Shown here in pieces: positions 8,495-15,531 of a stretch of DNA of 22,583 bases. Location of the stretch: contig CBEVQY010000033.1 in the NCBI GenBank assembly GCA_965552135.1, forward strand, positions 1 to 22,583, given 5' to 3'. Positions within the stretch are counted from its first letter, which is position 1. Each line of letters opens with the position of its first letter. Both the position numbers and the translations under genes were made by a program. This stretch comes from an uncultured bacterium. Its GTDB lineage: Bacteria; UBP14; UBA6098; B30-G16. A model generated the notes under the pieces. That model did no database searches. It was not told where the DNA came from and saw only the letters and a list, made by a program, of their open reading frames with translations.

Positions 8495-9058
8495 TTATTC
8501 GAACCTCCTCCAGAGAATTCCAAACTCCCTCTCGAACGCCTTAGCCAGAGCCCTCGACCTTATCACCAGCAGGTTTTCGTAGTTGTATTCGTTGGCGGAC
8601 GCGGTCCAGTTGAATGAGCCCGTTACGACGATCGCCGTATCTATCACGGCGAACTTGTTATGCATAAGCCCTTCGCCTATGTGGGTCCTTACGGGAATGC
8701 CCTTTTTGAGGAGGTATCTTTTCTTCGAGTACGTTCCTGCGGACTGGGTTCTGTCGACGATGACGCGCACCTTAACGCCCCTTCTTTTGGCACGCACGAG
8801 AGCCTGCGCTATGGGTCGGCTTGTGAAGGTGTAGACGGCGCAGTCGACGGTCTTTTTTGCGGCGTCGATGGCTGAGACAATAGCCTCCTCGCAGCCGCCG
8901 CGGGGCGAAAAGAACGCGGCTATCTCGCATTCCTCCAGACGGACCACGGCAGCTGCGCCCGAGCTTTTGCCCTCCGAAAGCCTGTCCCACAAGAGAAGCA
9001 GCGCAACCACCACAAGCACCGCGGCAAGAGTGGTGAACCTGCCTTTCTTTTTGGACAT
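8495..9058 (-). CDS. Membrane-anchored or exported single-HKD phospholipase D-superfamily protein (Nuc/Zucchini-like)
   Basis: N-terminal hydrophobic helix; FSP, Y.FT..PIA.AL..A..RGV.VR, MHNKFAVID (HxKxxxxD), TGSFNWT and ENL motifs; SD AAGGAG. Confidence 0.92.
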   Translation of the reverse strand: MSKKKGRFTTLAAVLVVVALLLLWDRLSEGKSSGAAAVVRLEECEIAAFFSPRGGCEEAIVSAIDAAKKTVDCAVYTFTSRPIAQALVRAKRRGVKVRVIVDRTQSAGTYSKKRYLLKKGIPVRTHIGEGLMHNKFAVIDTAIVVTGSFNWTASANEYNYENLLVIRSRALAKAFEREFGILWRRFE

Positions 9059-9198
9059 CGCGCACTCCTTCGAGGATGCTTCAGTTCAAAAAACGCGTCT
9101 GCGGGGCGCAGGTCAACACGAAATTGCCCGCGCCACATACGCAAAAAGCGTCAGCGGTGCCTTGACAAAGGATGGTCAATCTGCAATGTTTAGCAGAG

Positions 9199-11052
9199 AT
9201 GGGGAAAGGTGTGCGAAAAAGCTCGTTTTCGCTTTGGTGGAGGATATTTTCGCGCACGCTGCGGTGGTGGCATCTTCTCGTCTTCGCTGTGGTGGCGATG
9301 GTTGGATATGCCTTCTCGAACCTCGCGATGGTCTACCTCATAGGTCCTGCGCTGACGACGCTCTTCAGCCCCGAGTCTGCGACTCTCTCGAGGCAGCTTT
9401 CGGCGCTTGCCGGCTCGAGCGCGCTTAAGGCAAAGCTTGCCGCCACACTCGCACCGCTTATATACCGCGAAACGCCGCTTGCAACGCTGAAGCACTTCTG
9501 CTTTGTGCTTGTGGTCGTCGTTCTGGCGAAAAACGCCTTCCAGTACGTCCAGAACATAACATCCGTGCAGCTTTTGCAGACCGTGACGAACGAGTTCCGC
9601 AAAGAGATGTTCGACCGGCTCATGAGCCTGCCCCTCTCCTTCTTCCACAAAAACAAGGTGGGCGACCTTATGTCTCGCGTCATAAGCGACGTTCAGATGA
9701 TGCAGGAGTCGATCTCGGTCACAATAGCCGATATGGTTCGTGATCCGCTGCAGGTGGGGGTGTACTATGCCTTCCTGCTCGCCATAGACTACAGGCTTAC
9801 CCTCGTTATGACGCTTGTCGTTCCCGTGGTCGTTTTCGTTATGTCGACGATAGGTCGTTTTCTTCGGCGCTACGGCGCCCGAACGCAGCGCAGGATGTCT
9901 GAGCTTGCGTCTGTGCTTCAGGAGGGTCTTGCGGGCATAAGGGTCGTTAAGGCATTCAGCGCCGAGGGATACGAGCGCAGCAAGTTCCGCAGGATAGCTG
10001 ATCGATACTTCCGCAGCCTGATGAAGATGTACCGCGTGCGTCGTCTTGCGGGACCGTTCAACGAGGCGGTTGGCGTCTTCGCTGCCGCGGCTATACTGTG
10101 GTTTGCGGGGCGCAAGGTCCTGGCGGGCACTGGACCAACCCCCGCCGAGTTTATGCAGTATGTCGTCACGCTCCTTTTGATGATGCAGCCCATAAAGGCG
10201 TTCTCCGACAAAGTCAACCGCGTTCAGCAGGGGCTTGCGGCGGCAGAGCGCGTGTTCTGGCTGCTCGACCAAACTCCCTACGATGCCCTGCGCGACGGAA
10301 CGAAAACCATAAAGGAGCTCAGGCGGGGGATAAGGTACGAGAACGTCACTTTCTTCTACGACGGCAGCGACAAGCCCGCTGTGAAGGATTTTACACTTGA
10401 GATTCCGCGCGGGAGCATGGTTGCGCTCGTCGGGCACTCCGGCGGTGGGAAGTCGACAATTGCTGATCTGCTCGCCCGCCTCTACGACCCAACGTCGGGC
10501 GCAATCCTCGTCGACGGCGAGGACCTGAGGAACCTGAGCCGAAAGAGCTGGCGATCGCTTCTGGGCATCGTGACGCAGGAGGTGATCCTGTTCAACGACA
10601 CCGTTCTGGCGAACATCGCCTACGGCGATCCCTCGCCCGATATGGACAGGGTCGTCGCTGCGGCAAAGGCTGCCAATGCGCTGGAGTTCATCGAAAAACT
10701 CCCCCAAAAGTTCGACACCGTGATAGGCGACAGGGGGGTGAAGCTTTCGGGTGGCGAGCGCCAGAGAATAGCGATCGCAAGAGCTATCTACCGCAACCCG
10801 CAGATCCTCATCTTCGACGAGGCGACAAGCGCCCTCGATTCGAGGTCGGAGCGACTTGTGCAGGAGGCGATAGAAAGGCTCGTAGCGGGCAGAACGGCTT
10901 TGGTCATAGCCCACAGGCTTTCCACCGTCCGTCGGGCGGACAAGATCGTTGTCGTCGAGGGTGGGCGCAAGGTCTGCGAGGGAACACACCAAACCCTCCT
11001 TAGGACCTGCCCGCTCTACCGAGAGCTTTATGAGGTGCAGTTCGAGGTGTGA
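9199..11052 (+). CDS. ABC exporter, fused permease/ATPase, MsbA-like (start ATG 9199 assumed)
   Basis: TM domain followed by Walker A GHSGGGKST, Q-loop VTQE, signature LSGGERQR, Walker B LIFDEATSALD and H-loop IAHRLST. TTGACA at 9162-9167 upstream. Confidence 0.93.
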   Translation: MGKGVRKSSFSLWWRIFSRTLRWWHLLVFAVVAMVGYAFSNLAMVYLIGPALTTLFSPESATLSRQLSALAGSSALKAKLAATLAPLIYRETPLATLKHFCFVLVVVVLAKNAFQYVQNITSVQLLQTVTNEFRKEMFDRLMSLPLSFFHKNKVGDLMSRVISDVQMMQESISVTIADMVRDPLQVGVYYAFLLAIDYRLTLVMTLVVPVVVFVMSTIGRFLRRYGARTQRRMSELASVLQEGLAGIRVVKAFSAEGYERSKFRRIADRYFRSLMKMYRVRRLAGPFNEAVGVFAAAAILWFAGRKVLAGTGPTPAEFMQYVVTLLLMMQPIKAFSDKVNRVQQGLAAAERVFWLLDQTPYDALRDGTKTIKELRRGIRYENVTFFYDGSDKPAVKDFTLEIPRGSMVALVGHSGGGKSTIADLLARLYDPTSGAILVDGEDLRNLSRKSWRSLLGIVTQEVILFNDTVLANIAYGDPSPDMDRVVAAAKAANALEFIEKLPQKFDTVIGDRGVKLSGGERQRIAIARAIYRNPQILIFDEATSALDSRSERLVQEAIERLVAGRTALVIAHRLSTVRRADKIVVVEGGRKVCEGTHQTLLRTCPLYRELYEVQFEV

Positions 11053-11085
11053 TCGAGCGTTAAGCAGCTGCCGTGAAAAAAGTTC

Positions 11086-11114
11086 TTGCGTTTTGAGCAT
11101 ATGCGAGTTTTAAT
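11086..11114 (+). promoter_or_regulatory. Candidate sigma70 promoter of the AhpD/CMD gene
   Basis: TTGCGT-N17-TTTAAT with an upstream A-tract; the 8-bp palindrome GCATATGC (11097-11104) lies in the spacer. Confidence 0.45.
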
Positions 11115-11148
11115 GGGTTTGCACCAAGGCTCAAGCAAAGGAGGTACG

Positions 11149-11691
11149 ATGCCTAAGATGAAGCACCTTGCAGACGCCGAGGTAAGCAGCTGGACCCGCA
11201 AGCTTTTCGACAAGGTCCGAGCGGGTTTGGGGACGATGCCTGATCTCTTCAGGGCTATGGCGAACTCCGAGGACGTCTTCGAGGGGTTCCTGAACCTCAA
11301 CGCATCGCTTGCCAACGCCGAGATAGGACCGAAGTTCGTGAAGATGGTTATCCTGAGGACCTCGGAGCTCAACGACTGCGAGTACTGCGTTCGCGCGCAC
11401 ACGAAGATGGCAGCCGACGCAAACCTGATGTCGCCCGAGGAGTGCCTCAACGCCAGGAAGGGCATTGGGAGCGACGAAAAGTCGCAGGCGCTTTTGGACT
11501 TCGTCACGAAGGTCCATCAGACGAAGGGCAACGTCACCGACGAGGACATCGAGCGCATGCACAAGGCAGGCTTTTCCGACAAGAACATCGTCGAGATACT
11601 CGGCGCCATGACCGTTGCGACGATGACGAACATCCTCTCCCACGTCGCCGGCACCGAGCCCGATTTCCCCGAAGTCCCGCCGGCAAAGTGA
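11149..11691 (+). CDS. AhpD/carboxymuconolactone-decarboxylase-family peroxidase-related protein
   Basis: S..N.CEYC..AH core motif; strong SD AAGGAGGT before ATG 11149; ends with EPDFP as in this family. Confidence 0.9.
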   Translation: MPKMKHLADAEVSSWTRKLFDKVRAGLGTMPDLFRAMANSEDVFEGFLNLNASLANAEIGPKFVKMVILRTSELNDCEYCVRAHTKMAADANLMSPEECLNARKGIGSDEKSQALLDFVTKVHQTKGNVTDEDIERMHKAGFSDKNIVEILGAMTVATMTNILSHVAGTEPDFPEVPPAK

Positions 11692-11716
11692 TTGGATGCG
11701 CAACCTGCGCGCCATG

Positions 11717-11747
11717 AGGGGCTGCAGAAAGCAGCCCCTTATTTTTT
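11717..11747 (+). terminator. Rho-independent terminator
   Basis: Stem AGGGGCTGC / GCAGCCCCT with loop AGAAA followed by TATTTTTT, between convergent genes. Confidence 0.85.
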
Positions 11748-12626
11748 CCCAACGCCCGCCAGGGATGTCTCGCCAACGCTTAGGCGAACCTCGTCCCAAA
11801 GGTCCTCTTTGCCCAAAAGCGACGCGAGGACTTCGCTGAGGGTGCAGTATATGTCGAGGTAGGGGGTTTGTGACAGGGCATCGATGTGGGCGGCGATAGT
11901 CGATGCGTCGCCTCGAGCAACCGGTCCTGTGGCGCCGTCGGGGAAGTGGAGGACCTCGTAGTTTCTTACGGCGCTTTTGGCGAGGTCTGCCGACATCTTC
12001 CTCGCGCACTCCAGAGGGATCCCAGCGTCGCGCAAAAGCCTTTCCGCAAGAACGACGAGAAGATAGACGAAATTTGCGCCGAAGACGGCGGCGGAGTGAT
12101 ATAAGGGCTTTTTCGAGGGCTCGACCTTCGCCCAAAACGCGCCCAGGTCGAGGGCGATGCGCTTCGCAAGCATAACGCCAAAGTCATCCCCCTCGATGCC
12201 GAAGACGACGCCCTCGAAGGGGTTTTGCTTTGTGTCAAGCGGCGGTATCGAAGCCATAGGATGCAGTGAGACCTTTGCGAAGTCGAGTCCGGCAAGCCCA
12301 AGCACGCTGGATGGCATCATCCCCGAGAAGTGCGCCAACGTTCTGACGCGAACGTGGCGCATCTCCTGAACCTGCTCCAGGATGGGCAAAAGCGCCTCAT
12401 CCGGAACCGCAAGGAACGCCACGTCACAGCTGCGGAAGAGGGAGCCGAGGTCGTTTGCCGCACCAGTCGGGATAAGCTTCGCAAGCCGAAGTGCACGGGA
12501 GCGGCTCCTCGAGTAGATCGACTTTATGTGCCACCCCTTCCGCGAAAGCCAGTAGGCGAAGTTACCGCCGACTCGACCGGCGCCTACAACGCCAATCCGA
12601 AGACTTTTCCACAAAAGGTCGTTCAC
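11739..12626 (-). CDS. Rossmann-like + DUF2520 oxidoreductase (PanG-like ketopantoate reductase family); start GTG 12626 preferred over 12680
   Basis: IGVVGAGRVG nucleotide-binding motif, LAVPD, H.SG, SLHP, IEGD, K..YH.AAV...N, TGPVARGD..TI..H. Minus-strand TTGAAA-N16-TAAATT (12661-12634) points to a leaderless start at 12626. Confidence 0.85.
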   Translation of the reverse strand: MNDLLWKSLRIGVVGAGRVGGNFAYWLSRKGWHIKSIYSRSRSRALRLAKLIPTGAANDLGSLFRSCDVAFLAVPDEALLPILEQVQEMRHVRVRTLAHFSGMMPSSVLGLAGLDFAKVSLHPMASIPPLDTKQNPFEGVVFGIEGDDFGVMLAKRIALDLGAFWAKVEPSKKPLYHSAAVFGANFVYLLVVLAERLLRDAGIPLECARKMSADLAKSAVRNYEVLHFPDGATGPVARGDASTIAAHIDALSQTPYLDIYCTLSEVLASLLGKEDLWDEVRLSVGETSLAGVGKK

Positions 12627-12663
12627 GCTTTGAAATTTAACGCCCCAAAGCGCTATTTCAACA

Positions 12664-12685
12664 CTTTTGTGGCTTTGCACAAAAG
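12664..12685. promoter_or_regulatory. Inverted repeat, candidate enhancer (bEBP) binding site
   Basis: CTTTTGTG-N6-CACAAAAG, a perfect 8-bp inverted repeat about 110 bp upstream of the predicted sigma54 start site. Confidence 0.55.
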
Positions 12686-12738
12686 CGGTGCGCCAAGCTA
12701 CGCCTCCACCAAGATCACTTGCACGATAACGCTTTGGG

Positions 12739-12751
12739 AATCAATAAGTTA
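12739..12751 (+). promoter_or_regulatory. IHF binding site
   Basis: AATCAATAAGTTA matches the consensus WATCAANNNNTTR exactly and lies just upstream of the -24 element. Confidence 0.75.
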
Positions 12752-12758
12752 TGTATTA

Positions 12759-12774
12759 TGGCACGCTCGCTGCT
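12759..12774 (+). promoter_or_regulatory. Sigma54 (RpoN) -24/-12 promoter
   Basis: TGGCACG-CTCG-CTGCT against consensus TGGCACG-N4-TTGCW (one mismatch), with exact GG-N10-GC spacing, about 40 bp upstream of the lipoprotein start. Confidence 0.8.
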
Positions 12775-12816
12775 CAAAATACGGTGGAGAGAAGGAATAA
12801 AGCGGAGGTCGAAAGG

Positions 12817-13689
12817 ATGAGGAGGCTTTTGGCGATATTGGCTTTTGCGGCGCTGGTGTTTTGGGGATGCGATACCCCGAACTGGCGCTGCCACAGCTGC
12901 GGCGGATATTACTACGAGCCCGAGGACTACTGCGCACCACCAACACCCACGGGCGTCTACTCCGTTACGGGCGATGAGTGCGTCAGGCTTTACTGGGATC
13001 CCGTAAGCGCGTATGATCTTGCCGGCTACCGGGTTTGGCGCGGTTACTCCGAAAGCGGCTATTATTACCTGATCGGCGAGACGCCCTCGGCGTACTTCGT
13101 CGACTGGGACGTCGTGAACGGACAGACCTACTACTACGCCGTTTCGGCGTACGACTGGTGGGGCAACGAAAGTGATCTCTCAAGCGAGCTTGTTTTCGAC
13201 ACGCCTCGACCCGAGGGGTACGGCGAGCGCGTTTGGATCGTCGAAAGCTATCCCGACGACGCCGGTTACGATTTCTCCTCGTACTGCGTTGTGCCCTACG
13301 ACTACCCCACAGCCGACGTCTTCTTCGGGTATGAAGAGACCACCGGAAACTACTACATGCAGGCAGCGAACGCGAGCACCGACCTTTTGATCTTCGGTCC
13401 GACCGAAGACCTCACCGACGTCGACTGGGCGCCCGAGGAGGGATGGCTTTCCGGCGCCTCCGTCGACCTGTACGAGGGCTACTCCTACCTCGTCTGGACC
13501 GCAGACAACCACTTCGCCCACGTGAGGATAACGTGCCTCTGCGGCGATTACATCCGCTTCGACTGGGCGTATCAGCTGGATGAGGGCAACCCGGAGCTTC
13601 GGGTCGGGCGTGGTCAAAATCCGTTCTGTGCAAAAGGCGAAACCAAAGCCGTGGAACATAAGGTCAGGGTTCGAGAGGAAATGCAATAG
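12817..13689 (+). CDS. Lipoprotein with a fibronectin type III-like domain, Tyr/Asp/Trp-rich
   Basis: SD GGAGGT; signal MRRLLAILAFAALVFWG-C (lipobox-like, Cys18); FN3-like segment PP.PTGV.SVTGD..V.L.W......DLAGY.VWR...NG.TYYYAVSAYD..GNES.LS. Confidence 0.85.
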   Translation: MRRLLAILAFAALVFWGCDTPNWRCHSCGGYYYEPEDYCAPPTPTGVYSVTGDECVRLYWDPVSAYDLAGYRVWRGYSESGYYYLIGETPSAYFVDWDVVNGQTYYYAVSAYDWWGNESDLSSELVFDTPRPEGYGERVWIVESYPDDAGYDFSSYCVVPYDYPTADVFFGYEETTGNYYMQAANASTDLLIFGPTEDLTDVDWAPEEGWLSGASVDLYEGYSYLVWTADNHFAHVRITCLCGDYIRFDWAYQLDEGNPELRVGRGQNPFCAKGETKAVEHKVRVREEMQ

Positions 13690-13704
13690 AAAGGGGGTGA
13701 GAAG

Positions 13705-14373
13705 ATGTTCAGGCATCTTTTGGGGGCTTGCCTGCTTGCGGTGGTCGTTTTGGCGGTGTATCCCGCCAGCGCCGATTGCTGCTGCTGCGGAGATGTGTGG
13801 ATCCACATCGACTACGACTTCTGGGGGTGGGATGACTGCTGTTGCTGCTGCGAGTGCTGGTACGTCGATTGGTGGGAGCTGCCCTACTGGCTTTGGCCGC
13901 CCTGCTGCAGGCGCATCATACGGATCTACTACAGCCCCTGCGGATGGTACAGGTACATCTACTACGACTACCCCTGCGCCGGCTGCACTTACGTTTGCGT
14001 CGAGGGTCGATGGGTTTGGCGGAGAGCTGTAAGGCTGGAACGGAAGTACTCGTACTCCGACATGGCTCGCGATTTCGTCCGCAGGAGGGGGATGGGTTAC
14101 GTCGTCCGCCACAAATCGAGCTCCACAACCGAACGGGTTTACCGCTCCTCGAGTTCGCACGGCGAGACCTACCGCTATAAGTCGTCCTCTTCGCCCGAGG
14201 TTAAAACCCTCACGAAGCGGAGCAAGTCGACCGCCTCGGTGCGTTCCGTCGCGAGAAGCTCGAAGTACAGCAGCGGAGCGCGCTATCGCCCGAAGTCGTC
14301 GAGCAGTCGCTTTCGGTCTAAGGCGCGCAGCAGCAGCCCTTCGTACAAGGCTGGGCGCAGCAGGCGCAAGTAG
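13705..14373 (+). CDS. Secreted poly-cysteine, Trp/Tyr-rich protein with a Ser/Arg/Lys-rich low-complexity tail
   Basis: Sec signal ending A-S-A; mature N-terminus DCCCCG...DDCCCCCECW; SD-like GGGGGTGA; 15 bp after the lipoprotein stop and followed by a terminator. Confidence 0.8.
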   Translation: MFRHLLGACLLAVVVLAVYPASADCCCCGDVWIHIDYDFWGWDDCCCCCECWYVDWWELPYWLWPPCCRRIIRIYYSPCGWYRYIYYDYPCAGCTYVCVEGRWVWRRAVRLERKYSYSDMARDFVRRRGMGYVVRHKSSSTTERVYRSSSSHGETYRYKSSSSPEVKTLTKRSKSTASVRSVARSSKYSSGARYRPKSSSSRFRSKARSSSPSYKAGRSRRK

Positions 14374-14375
14374 AT

Positions 14376-14402
14376 CCCCCTCCCCGCGGCCGGGGGCTTT
14401 TT
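14376..14402 (+). terminator. Rho-independent terminator
   Basis: TCCCCG-CGGC-CGGGGG hairpin followed by CTTTTT immediately after the stop at 14373. Confidence 0.7.
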
Positions 14403-14429
14403 GCCTTTGCCCTCGGCCGCACACAAAAC

Positions 14430-14458
14430 TTGCGCAAAGGGCAAAGAAAGACTAAAAT
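14430..14458 (+). promoter_or_regulatory. Candidate sigma70 promoter
   Basis: TTGCGC-N17-TAAAAT upstream of SD GGAGGT and ATG 14478. Confidence 0.55.
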
Positions 14459-14477
14459 GAAGGTGAGGGAGGTGGAG

Positions 14478-14810
14478 ATGCCGAAGAAGGTGATCACATT
14501 GTTTTTGGTTTGTGCGTTGGTTGTCGCCTGGGCGGGCGAAAAGCCCGCCGCAAAAGTCGATACCACCGATACGGCGAAGGTCACGGCAACGCGCGGAGAC
14601 CACGGCGGGCTCAGGTCCATCCTCGAGGCTTTGTTCGGCGGGGAGGGTGAAGATTCCAAGGAGGGCGGCTACGACTACTTCCTCGATAAGAACGGCAACG
14701 GCGTCGACGACAGACTCGAGTCCCGCAAGAGGGCTAAGGGTCGCTTAAGCAAGTCTCGATCGCGCTGCACGAAATCCCACCGCCATAGGTCCTCGAAGCG
14801 CGGTAGGTGA
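14478..14810 (+). CDS. Small secreted protein with a Ca-binding-like DxNxNG loop and a basic tail
   Basis: Signal MPKKVITLFLVCALVVAWA; YDYFLDKNGNGVDD; Arg/Lys/Ser-rich C-terminus; SD GGAGGT. Confidence 0.75.
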   Translation: MPKKVITLFLVCALVVAWAGEKPAAKVDTTDTAKVTATRGDHGGLRSILEALFGGEGEDSKEGGYDYFLDKNGNGVDDRLESRKRAKGRLSKSRSRCTKSHRHRSSKRGR

Positions 14811-14895
14811 GCCCTTGCCGCGCACCAAGGCGCTTTTCACTTGCAACCGCAGGCGCAAAAGAATACCTTATTCTGACATCGACCTGGGAGGGGAG

Positions 14896-15513
14896 ATGCG
14901 CATAGCCGTTCTGGCGTCCGGCAACGGGACAAACCTCCAGGCTATAATCGATGCCGTCGAGGCTGGCAGGCTCAGCGCCAGAGTGGCGCTTGTGCTCTCC
15001 AACAAACCCGATGCCTACGCCCTCCAGAGGGCAAAAAAACACGGAATCCCCACAGTCGTCATATCGAGCAAGGACTTCGAGCGACGGGAGGATTTCGTTT
15101 CGGCGATGATAGATGCCTTTGAGCGCCACGACGTCGACTTCATAGCGCTTGCGGGATACCTCCGAAAGGTCCCGCCTGAGGTCGTTCGGATGTTCCGCAA
15201 CAGGATAACGAACATCCACCCGGCTCTCCTTCCCGCTTTCGGCGGCAAGGGGATGTATGGTTTGCGCGTCCACAAAGCTGTGCTCGAGTACGGCTGCAAG
15301 GTCACCGGCGTCACCGTCCACATAGTCGACGAGGAGTACGACCACGGACCGATCGTTGCGCAGCGCTGCGTTCCGATAAGCGACCACGACACTCCCGAAA
15401 CCCTCGCCAAGCGCGTCCAAAGCGTTGAGCACAGGCTCTATCCCGAGGTTCTCCAGTGGTTCGCCGAGGGACGCGTCGTCGTCGAGGGAAGAACGGTAAG
15501 GGTCATCTTCTAA
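14896..15513 (+). CDS. purN: Phosphoribosylglycinamide formyltransferase
   Basis: IAVLASGNGTNLQAII, LAGY, NIHPALLPAFGG, G.TVH.VDE.YDHGPI, EH..YP; SD GGGAGG; TTGCAA-N17-TACCTT upstream (14841-14869). Confidence 0.97.
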   Translation: MRIAVLASGNGTNLQAIIDAVEAGRLSARVALVLSNKPDAYALQRAKKHGIPTVVISSKDFERREDFVSAMIDAFERHDVDFIALAGYLRKVPPEVVRMFRNRITNIHPALLPAFGGKGMYGLRVHKAVLEYGCKVTGVTVHIVDEEYDHGPIVAQRCVPISDHDTPETLAKRVQSVEHRLYPEVLQWFAEGRVVVEGRTVRVIF

Positions 15514-15531
15514 AGGCTCGGAGGTGTGGGC

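Noticed and set aside
9190..11100. 636-aa antisense ORF, and other long shadow ORFs such as 16063-17553(-), 13180-14424(-) and 6598-7563(+)
   Set aside because: They lie opposite well-supported genes, have no recognisable motifs, and are expected from GC-rich codon bias.
12886..12903. Heme c binding motif in the lipoprotein (CHSCG)
   Set aside because: The motif is CxxCG, not CxxCH.
2652..13705. Amber read-through: three TAG-ending genes (stops at 2662, 6979 and 13689) are in frame with the next gene
   Set aside because: Three of five TAG genes is compatible with chance. Each downstream gene has its own SD, and two have their own N-terminal signal peptides.
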